DNA of 64,000 nt from Octopus sinensis. Its lineage: Eukaryota. The notes below the pieces were generated by a model. That model did no database searches and was not told the DNA's origin. It saw only the letters and a list, made by a program, of their open reading frames with translations. Shown here one piece after another: positions 53,520 through 64,000 of the stretch. The translations under genes were made by a program, and so were the position numbers. How positions within the stretch are numbered: position 1 is the stretch's first letter; every line of letters starts with the position of its first letter. Location: the NCBI RefSeq assembly GCF_006345805.1, contig NC_043000.1, positions 48,422,001-48,486,000 on the forward strand. Reading direction: 5' to 3'.

Positions 53520-55287
53520 CCGACCATCACACTGATAGGAATAAGCATATATGGTTTTGTAATCCCCTTTGGTAAGCAGATTAGAACTAACCCCCCCTCA
53601 TGTTTAGACAAGCCATCGCCAATAACTTCCCCAGAAATTCCAAATATTACTCCACGGTTAACTCACATAAAGTTAGGGATAGCTTTCTCCAACACTAAAA
53701 ACCTCGCCCAGATAATCGCCTCCCATAATAATAGGCTACTTACTAAGACCCTATCACCTTTTTCGGAGGCACAGCCTCTTCCGCTCCCGGTTTAATGCTC
53801 AGTAGGAATATTATAGTAGTAATAATGATATGAGAGCCAGTACAGTGACACATAATCTCAGCTCAGCCAGGGAGTACCCACTAGGGGTATAGTTATAAAT
53901 AGGGGTGTGTGGTTGATGGTAACAATGGGAGTAGGGTAGAGAGCCCTTTAGCATCCCCAGCATCATTTCCCCAATAGCAGTACCACGGGCAGTAGCAATG
54001 ACAGCACTCTGATAGATAGTGGAGAATCAGGGGTTATTCCTATAGTTAATAGTGACGTAGTGAAAATAGAGTAGTAACGGCTGCAGTCTCGGAACGAATA
54101 TAGTGACAGGACGCAGTTCTAATTTCAGAAACCAATCCTAGCAGAGTAAGATTCACGTCGGCGAACTCCAAGATCAAAAACGCCGTCTACCATGCAAGGT
54201 TACACGGACTCAGATGCCTTCACTTATATAGGGGCATCATCCTCAAGATTGTCTTGCGTGTCTCCAACCATACGCAACTTTTCGGGACGTGAACAAGCGC
54301 CAGACCACGGGACTCAGTAAGCTAATATGGCGACTGAAGGATGCGAACTTAAGCTATAGGCTGGAATGGTCAATTTTGTCGGTGGCCCTCCCATTTGATA
54401 GGGGCAGAAGACAGTGCAACCTTTGTGTCCGAACTCTTCCATATTTTGTTTGCCAGAGGCCGGATGGTAAACGGGCTCTTACAGTCGGCTTTTCGATGCC
54501 CCCATTGGCGGCGTTACACTTATCTGCCTTTAAATAGCGTTTATAAATAAGACCGGCACCCATAGCCCTTGGTAACAAATTCTGAAATAGATTTTAGATA
54601 TCTACAATAAACCACTGCAAGGGAAATTACTCCTGTAAGACAAACGGGGCTTGTTTTTTTCACAGCGGGGGTTTCCTTGTCAAGGTAGCTTAGATGAACA
54701 CACACACACACACATAAAACATAAAATATATATATATATTTCTTTATTTTTTCTTTCTGCCACCCAACGGTTATCACGGCAGTAGCCACTGACAGCCGAA
54801 CGATCAAACGCACACACGTACACAAAAAATGTTTTCTACCCTACGCCAACACACACATATATAGAACAGTATACACACACACACGTCTCTAAGTAGATTT
54901 TTCTCGCCCCTTATAAAACATCCATATTCTTTAAATAGTCAGAACTTTATTCTCGGTCACAAAGAACATCTATACACCCTCACCCACATGTTTGACCGAT
55001 GCCTGACCTGTTGTTGAATTCTTCAGCCACCGGTTCTCAACATACACTGATAAACAGTTTCGCCATGGCTCTTAGGAGCACAGTTCGATTTGTTTTTGCT
55101 CTGCCTCTGTTCTGTTTTTGTTTTCCAACGGATTTCCTTTTTTCTTCCCTGAAGAGAAAGACACAATATGGTCCCATTATTCAATCGGATTTTGGTAATT
55201 GTGCCTTTCGAACACGTGTAGAATGAAATAAAACGATTTTCTGTTCAATCTGCGTTCAGCTCCATTTCTTCAATTCACCAATAATGT
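53520..55287 (+). repeat. Right arm of PLE inverted repeat (copy of RT-EN linker, GIY-YIG and 3' UTR)
   Basis: Reverse complement of 50282-52062, e.g. CCGACCATCACACTGATAGG at 53520 vs GTGATGGGTCGG ending at 52062, and CACCAATAATGT ending at 55287 vs ACATTATTGGTG at 50282. Confidence 0.97.
55141..55230 (+). ncRNA. Hammerhead ribozyme copy in PLE right arm (one A missing from GAAA)
   Basis: CTGAAGA (55149-55155)-GAAAGACACAAT...ATTGTGCCTTTC-GAA-CACGTGTA-GAA. Helix II pairs 11 of 12 positions; the core reads GAAC rather than GAAAC. Confidence 0.7.
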
Positions 55288-55297
55288 ATATATATAT

Positions 55298-55337
<40 letters not shown>

Positions 55338-55404
55338 CATATATATATATATACATACATATATATATACATATATACATATATATACATACATATATAT
55401 ATAC

Positions 55405-55443
<39 letters not shown>

Positions 55444-55572
55444 CATACATATTATATACATACATATATATATACCTACATATATATATGCATATATATA
55501 TATTATATGTATATGTAGTATATATGTATATATATATGTATATATATATATATGTATGTATATATGTATGTA

Positions 55573-55618
<46 letters not shown>

Positions 55619-56567
55619 TATATATATATAGACTTATATCTAAGACGCAATAGAAGATTCGTGCATATGATGATACGATATAATATATATGCATATATAT
55701 ACATATATGTATATATATGTATATATATCTGTGTGTGTTCATAGTTTGTATATTTACATGAGTGACTACATAAATAAGCACTTATATCATTTTACTTATA
55801 CTTGAATCTGATCCCTTTTTCTCTCTCACTGAACCCCCACTTCTCTCTCTCTCTCTCTCCTTCTTTCTCCACACATACATATACACACACGTATGTGTGT
55901 CTGTTCACAGGTTATACGTTTATATGAGTGGCTTGAAATATAAGCAATTGTGCTATTTTATATACTTATATCTAAAACCCTCCTCCCATTTACTCTTTTT
56001 AATCTTTTCTCCCTCAGTCTGTGCGCGTCTGTGTCTGTAACATGTGTGTATGCGTATCTGTGTCTGTGTTTGCATATATATATATATCTAATGTTTATAT
56101 ATTTGTGCATATATATTTACATGGAATACCACATTCTAGATCTGTCTGCTACGTGCTGTACAGACTAACAGTGGCAATGTACGACTGGAGATATTATTTC
56201 TGGTGCAGCTTCTGCCTGCACAGTTTCAACACGTTAAAAAGCAATTACACACAAACTTTCACTCGAGTAGACTCTCTTACCCGACTGTGAGTTATTGACA
56301 TTAAAGCACACATACCCTCACATACATATCTTACACACACACACTCACACACGCACACACACATATACGTATATACATATATAAATATATATTAACATTT
56401 AGGTAAATATATATATACATATAAATATTTGTACTATATACTACACTGTATCATATATATATAGATATATATATAAATGTTTCATGTATATATATATATA
56501 TGTATATACATACTGCTATATACACAGACATACACTTTTGTATAAATATATATATATCTGTCTGTGC

Positions 56568-56614
<47 letters not shown>

Positions 56615-56830
56615 CATATTCAGACATACACAGATACATATTAATTTGTATATGTACATGTGTGTGTGTGTGTGTGTGTGTTTGTGTGTGTGTTTGGTAC
56701 GTTTGTGAAACCATGCTGCCTTAAAATCTGACATATGCATCATCATTTTAACGCCCATCCGTCCATGAGATCATGATTGATGTATGAATCTGGTCACTTT
56801 TGGCACTTTTTCAAATGCATATATCACAAG

Positions 56831-56887
<57 letters not shown>

Positions 56888-57828
56888 GAGAGAGAGAGAG
56901 GTAGGGGTTAAATATGCCTCTAGCTAATATTTCTGTATGCCGAAACACGTATACTTCGAACAGGGATATTTTCACTATAACATTAATCTTAGTGCCAACT
57001 CATATATGTAGAAACACATTTACATAACATCCACACGCACACACCATATATCATCATCATAGTCACCGTCATCGTCGTTGTTGTCGCCGTTGCGATCATC
57101 TTCATGAAGGTAAATTACCATACTTCTAGACTTAATCTTTTCTAGACATAAGTTCCAAATGATGTCATTTTTATCTGGGAGAAGGATTAGATTGGAGTGA
57201 TGATAACCCAATATCCCATTGGTTGTTATCTTCGGGAGTCATGGAATCCGATATTCGCTAATAAATTGTTTTGACATTGTGAACTTTTTCTTTCCCAAAG
57301 GTCAATGGGTAGGATCGGGGTAAGTTATCAACTAAAAATCAAAAAAATCTTTCATTAACTCGTTTCAGCAATATTCTTCTCTAAACCTACCTTTATAATA
57401 TAGACACATACATTTACACACGTTATTAAATGTCTTTTCCAACCGGTGCTATTAAGTTAAGCTTGGCCTAGGCCACTTATAGCTCAAACTTACGACGATA
57501 TAATTAACTGAAGAAATAAAACTTTGGTGTGCAAATCTCCATTCTTCGGATCTATGAATTTCATTATTTTCTCTACGGGAACTATGTAATCGTTATAATA
57601 ACATTTGAATTTACCAAGTGAGGATTAAGCGAGTATAGGAACTTTTAACTAAATTGAGCTTCATCAACATTCACTGTGGCTAGCCGGCACTGACAACTGA
57701 TAAGAGCGAAAACGGTATCCGCTACGATTATACATCTCTCGAAAACATACTTTGTGGGTTGGAATGTTCGTTTGTTTCCACCTGCCTTCGTCTTTTGTTT
57801 TTTTCATAAAGCTTCCCGTTATATTATA

Positions 57829-57874
<46 letters not shown>

Positions 57875-58000
57875 TGTACACCACACATACACACTTACAC
57901 AGAAGTGCGCACATACGTACAAAAGAAGGTGGAATAAATAGTTATCGAATACTAGTGGTTAGAGTAACATGCTTTTATTAAGGTTCAAAATTATCACAAA

Positions 58001-58090
58001 ACTGCAACTCAGAGTTTCATGTTCCCATTCGTCGGACAGTTGTGGTGACAACTGTCCAACGAACGGAAACGTGAAACTGCGGAACAGTTT
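58001..58090. ncRNA. Head-to-head inverted pair of hammerhead-like motifs
   Basis: Minus 58040-58001: ACTGT-CCGACGA-ATG GGAA CAT-GAAA-CTC T GAG-TT-GCAGT. Plus 58051-58086: ACTGT-CCAACGA-ACG GAAA CGT-GAAA-CTG CGGAA CAG-TT. Together they form a 30-bp inverted repeat (58014-58043 / 58048-58077). Confidence 0.55.
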
Positions 58091-58184
58091 TGTGATAATA
58101 AAAGCATTTTACTCATACACACACACACATACATATATATGTATATATATGTATATATATATACTATATATATATAATATATAG

Positions 58185-58215
<31 letters not shown>

Positions 58216-58538
58216 ATGGAGCATGTACATAAACAAAAAGAAACGGATCGCTGTCGGATTCGAAAATGGATATTCATGTTCGATCAACTGAATTTCCTAT
58301 TGATTGTAGTAATATGTAAGCGTCTGTGACATAATTCTCAGACATAATCATCGTGCCACAGCATAACAAAGCTGGATATTTTAATTATCAATGCAAGACA
58401 CTTGGTCCGCTTCAACACAATTTCCATCTATCAGATTTCTCTCATAAGGTTTGGGTTGACTCGTCAGTGCTAAAAATATTCTAGCCATTCACTCATCCTG
58501 CTCGCGCACGTACACACACACACATACGCAAACACACA

Positions 58539-58581
<43 letters not shown>

Positions 58582-59816
58582 TGCACTCTCTCACATTCAG
58601 ATTTCTTCTAAATTCGCGTCATATACTTACGTCTCAAGTTATATATATATGTATTCGTTTCAAGTTGTTTCTTCCCTGTTCTTCCAATTAGCTTCACCAA
58701 CAGCTATCATGGCCCCTTTTAGTTATACTTTTCTTACTCTACCACGTGTTGTACTCTTTTTATATCACTAATTGTTAGTTTGTTTTATAAAACTTCTTTC
58801 TCTTCAGGCTATATAGGCTGTCCATTCCTATATTTAAAGTTTCACAAATATATTTGCATTCCTTTCGTTAACAACATCACTCATGGAATCATTAGTCATG
58901 TCTCACCCGATTATGTAACCGACCAGACTATCTGATGTTGTTATACATCGCTGGTCACAAAACGCTCTTGCGTATTGTTTTAGCCTTCAATTGACGCCAC
59001 CCTGCCGGCTACGTGAGCAGGAAAACGTTTCCCCCTCATCGAACAGAGACGAGCAATGTGAAATGTAGTGTTCTGCTCAAGAACAGAACGCCACGCCCAG
59101 TTAGGGAAGCGAACCTACGATCTAACTATCGTGAGCACAACAGCCAAGTCAGCCTTCAATTAGTCATGTACTGTTGCTAAAACTGATTCCCAGCGTTCTC
59201 TTCAAGACATAATTTTCACATTTTTCAAACAAAAAATATCACATTTCATTCTTGCATGTGATGATATTTTGTTTGAAATGCACACTAGTTTCCACACTCT
59301 CATTTACTTGTTCAGCATTCTTTAGCTTTTCTTGAAATTCTATATAAGAGGAAGAATCATAAATAAATACAATTGTTCCTAAATAATTATGGTCTTTCCT
59401 GACTTCAATAATTTTTCCTTCTACAAAGCAATGAAGGCCATTGTTTTTCTGAAACCTCACTATGTTTATTTTATTTTTATTAATTACACATCCAGCTTTC
59501 TTTTCAGTCAGTAACTCACCTGTTTAGATTTACTTGCATCGGTTCCATTAGTTACGATCATCAGTTCGATGTCATCTTTATAATCTGTATAATCCAAGTC
59601 ACTTAATTAACCCAGTCTGTGTCTGTTCCATAATTTCTTCTCGTCACAAAATCATTAACCAGCAGAAATGTTATGTGTCCCTATGTATGCTTGTGTGTGC
59701 ATATATTTACAATATATATTATTTATTTATTATATATATATATTATATATTATATATATATATATATATTATTATATATATATACATACATACATATTTA
59801 TATATATATATTATAT

Positions 59817-59872
<56 letters not shown>

Positions 59873-59879
59873 ATATATC

Positions 59880-59914
<35 letters not shown>

Positions 59915-60903
59915 TATATATATATACACATGAATACGTATATACATGTATGTGCGTGCGTGTGTGTAAAAGTTTGCTTGGATCACCGTCTACCATTACT
60001 TTACAAATAATGCATTCATTAATGTTCTTGATTATATCAACAAATTTCTGAGATATATTAAACATTTTTCTCATAATTTTAAATAATCATTCTGTGGGAA
60101 AACGATATAAAATTTTTGTTCAAAGTTGATAGTGCGATAGTCAAATATTTATCATGAGGCATTTGATTGCAGTATAAAACAGCTGAGAGCAAATATTTGA
60201 CTGCCTCCTCATCTACGTTCACTAAAGTTTGCTTGTTCTTCTCTGAGTATAGCAACTAGGTTTGGCTCCACTTTAATTATTATTACACTACTACTCCATT
60301 ATTCTACGGTGTTTCATTGTATCATTGCTGTTATAACATTATCAAATATTAAACCATTATCCCATATTTGACTAAGCACTTGTGTTACTCAATTGTGTGT
60401 TTGCAGCACATCTGCTACCTATCTTTAAGGAGCTATACCATCTATCCCGTTGTCTTATGTTTTTTCAGGCACTGCAGTACATTCGTCGTCCATTTCATGC
60501 TCATTCAGCTCCAAGGGCTCCTTTTTTTTCACCTATATATTATGGTAAATACCATGAAATAGAGATTTCGTACATTCTAGCCGTAGCTTGTGAGATGGCT
60601 TTACGTATTCGGTCATTCTAGTTCATCAAGCTATCACTAGTGGGACAAAAAATCTATTGCAATAAGAGCTGTCACTCCACTGCAAAACATTTTGGTTAAT
60701 GAACTAGACCTTGTGAATTTAGCTACAGTATCAATAAGTCAGATTAAATATTAAAACGAAACTACGCAAGAAACTCTAATGAAGTCACAAAACAATAATT
60801 TGACCCGTAGTCTCATGTGGCCAGTAAGTACGCTAGAGGTGGGAAGAATCACACACATTACATGCATCAGTAATGGAAAGCGTGCGAGCTCATTATATAA
60901 TGC

Positions 60904-60953
<50 letters not shown>

Positions 60954-61057
60954 TGATAAAAATGGTAAGACAACAGAAGGAAGAAAGAGACCTCGATATT
61001 ATGTAAATAGAGGAATTTATCTGTAAATGTAATATGTGACAATTATTCGGTAACCAT

Positions 61058-61118
61058 GATAAAACTCCGAGTTTCGTATACCGAGGTGGAAATCCACGCC
61101 GCCATCTCTTCAGTTATC
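61058..61118 (-). ncRNA. Minimal type I hammerhead motif in a PLE-like relic
   Basis: Minus: GATAA-CTGAAGA-G...GTGG ATTT CCAC...C-GAAA-CTC G GAG-TT-TTATC. Perfect 5-bp helix I, intact core, GUU triplet; helix II is irregular. Confidence 0.65.
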
Positions 61119-63043
61119 CGGCCATCGGAAAAGTGCCTTTTTTTAAAAGACGGCTTGTAGTATGTTAGTATTAATTTGCTCTTCGAGTTAAATATATTTA
61201 TGCAGACACGCATCGTAAAGGAGATTGCCATAGTAGAATTATAAAAGACTACGATCATCACATAACTCCTCTTGTGTGTCTGCGTAAATATATTTAACTA
61301 GAGAGTAAATTAATACTAACATACTACAATCCGTCTTTATAAATTTAAATCAAATAAGAAAGTTTTTTAAGTTTGTGTCAGAGTATTAAGTTTAATAGTT
61401 GAGACTTTGGCAAAGTCACTATATATCTTATCAACATTTGTATTTTTTTGTCTCTTGGCAAAGCGCCAGTCCTTTTCTGCTTGTCTTTATCTCAATAATG
61501 GTAAAGTTAAGATCAAACGTATAAATATCTAAACAAATACATCTGCAAGTAAATAAACGAAAATTAAGAAAATATTTCAGGCTATCTGTCGCTGGAAGCG
61601 TTCTGATATCAATAACAGTGATTGGTCGAGGAATAAAGTATAAGTATAAAATAAACATTCGAAAACTTTTGTAAGGTGTAGAAGCATCACATGAAAATAT
61701 AATAATTAGCAATCTGTCAGAGAAAAAAATAATATAAGGTAATATGATTATTGCAAATAGCCCTAAGGTAGTTTTAAAATGATGAAGGTGGCCATCTTAA
61801 ATATTTAATTGGAATTATTCTAAAGGATGATTAGGTAAATCGCTTCGAGTCAGCTTGAAATTATTTCGATTTTTTTTTTAACATTGTTAATGCTCAGATT
61901 TTGAATGTAATTATATCTGAGTGAAGGGTAGAAGCAAATAGTTATGTAGAAATGTATTTATCTGAAAATAAACCTATAAAAAAATATAAGCATACATCAA
62001 ATCATACGGAGTGTGAACTCGTTTTCTTTTGCTGCGTATAAACGAAAGATAAATTATTAAACGAAATGTTAAACGAAATGCAACTGAACTAGTAGGGTAA
62101 GGAAAATTTGATTAGAGAATGATTCAGAAATTGGGATCAAACATTTATGAACAATAAGACATAGACAGGTGAGAAGGCAGAGTCGATCTTGCTTTGAATA
62201 ATAGTCCCTGCTAAGATCGACTTTCACTTTTAGTATTATGTGGGTGATAAATTAAATATCAGATAAAATAGTTAGGATGATTAATGAAGTCGATTTGCAT
62301 CCCGCTTCTAGAATGCATGATATTGTACCTATGTAAGAAACAAATTTTAAATCCTTCAGGTGTGCAGCAGGAGCAGCACATTAAAGAAGAAATTTTCTTG
62401 CAGTGTTTTATTCAACCCTATTATTACCTTCTGGTATAAAATCTCACCGGTTTCGAGTTTCTATGTCTTCTCTTGTACTGTTAATATTATATCTTCCAGT
62501 GATACGCATGGACTTCCTTAAATAGTCTATACTTTTCACTATAAAAGTTTCAACTAGTGCTGATATAAGAAATTTATATTAAGATTCAGAAGGATAGATA
62601 TTAGTAGGCAAGGTTACACATGAAACTAAATAAATCACCTTACATTATTGATTTCTGTTTGCAGTTCGGTTCTGACTTCAAATCCTACCGAGTGAAAGTG
62701 GGTCTTAAACGAGTAACGAGTTAAATATACCACTACCGAATCTGAACAGTTTCTCCGATGTGCTTCTACAAAGTCTCCACCAATCAAATATTCCTCATAA
62801 AACTTTCAACCAATCCGAGCAGTAGTAGCACGCACTTGTCAAAGGGGCTGTATAGTGAGACCGAACCTAGGAACACGTAGTCATGTAACGAAATTTGGGA
62901 CTGCATAAAAACGTCTAAGCTCATGTTTTAATATCGAACTCAGCTGTGATGAAGCAGACCAATGATCAAAGACGTTCCAGCCAAGACCACCCCATTGTTT
63001 ATATTGTACATCTCTCATAAACAATAAGTTTTGCAACATTACC

Positions 63044-63277
63044 TGTTACTTTATTACCCACAAGGGGCTAACATAGAGAGGGCAAACAAGGACAGACAAA
63101 CAGATGAAGTCGATTACATCGATCTCAGTGCGTAACTGGTACTTAATTTATCGGCCCCGAAAGGATGAAAGGCAAAGCCGACCTCGGCGAAATTTGAACT
63201 CAGAACGTAACAGCAGACGAAATACGGCTACGCATTTCGCCCGGCGTGCTAACGTTTCTGCCAGCTCGCCGCCTTAT
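63044..63277 (-). mobile_element. SINE family B with 15-bp TSD
   Basis: TTTTGCAACATTACC at 63029-63043 and 63278-63292. Confidence 0.92.
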
Positions 63278-64000
63278 TTTTGCAACATTACCGGTCATGT
63301 GACGGGTAATGCACGAGTGTTGAAAATAAAGTCATTTTTAGAGCGATGACGAAACAGAAGTAATATACAACAGTAAAAAATTTGAATATTGTAAGAATAG
63401 GAGGTATCGACTTCATTAAATACAAAAGATAGAGAAAAAGAAATTGCAGGAGGTGAAGGTGGAGAGGTAAATTATCAGTTGTAATTATATAGGAGAAAAT
63501 GTAGTAAAAGTAGTAGACTGCCAAAGAAGGAAAAATAGCATAAGATAACACGACCAAGCAACCAATTATGAGTATTATTAGTATGCGATGTTAAGCATTG
63601 ATTGATGGATATGTAAGGATGCTCATTTATATGCTTGTATGTATGTACGTAAAGTAGCATATACTTATGTACATGTATGTACATGCATATATCAAATCAA
63701 AGCTTTAGAAATCAATAAAATAAACACTGGAGTATAATCAATTTTATGCTCACACTGTTATTAAGTTGTAAGATGACATTAATTTTTAAAATGATTAATT
63801 ACGCTATTTTGATAAATGTATAAGTCATGAAATTACTCGATACATTTATATATAAATGAGCAAACGGACATGAATATGTATGGTTGAAATGATAGTCTAT
63901 GAGGCAAATAATTATTTTCAATTAGATGTGCGCATGTGTGGATGCCTTAGCAAAATAAACTATTTCCAGTGGATATTATCCCGTTAGAAATACTACTATT

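Larger units (their letters stand above)
50130..55287 (-). mobile_element. Penelope-like retroelement (PLE), 5'-truncated, with inverted pseudo-LTR
   Basis: The minus-strand RT + GIY-YIG frame (53519->51033) runs into a 3' UTR. Segment 50282-52062 is repeated in inverted orientation at 53520-55287. Both outer ends abut (TA)n tracts (50106-50128 and from 55288). An inverted 3'-end copy at the 5' end is an established PLE architecture. The left boundary is approximate. Confidence 0.92.

Noticed and set aside
50282-55287. Idea that the inverted repeat is purely a missed-adapter fold-back artefact
   Set aside because: The arms are separated by 1.46 kb of unique RT sequence, the outer flanks do not mirror each other, and the layout matches known PLE structure. 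Read-level confirmation is still needed.

Overview
AT-rich animal genomic DNA dominated by (TA)n/(TG)n/(TATG)n microsatellites and by recurrent tRNA-derived SINE families that I recognise from octopus genomes (taxon is an inference from repeat content). No complete host gene can be identified, only a few low-confidence candidate exons. Recognisable mobile elements: a near full-length Penelope-like retroelement (PLE; RT with YRDD, GIY-YIG endonuclease) on the minus strand at about 50.1-55.3 kb, with about 1.8 kb inverted arms and a type I hammerhead ribozyme in each arm; a decayed R4/Dong-like RLE LINE (26.7-29.4 kb) with nested SINEs; four Tc1/mariner relics; CR1 and RTE 3' ends; a Helitron-like element; and small fold-back elements. 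The most striking signal is a set of hammerhead or hammerhead-like motifs in at least five unrelated short repeat contexts, most of them abutting (TA)n tracts. One context is a tRNA-headed SINE with a hammerhead tail; another is a head-to-head inverted pair. Together these suggest a PLE-driven, TA-targeting system of non-autonomous ribozyme-bearing retroelements. Nearly all ORF-track entries are microsatellite or SINE artefacts.
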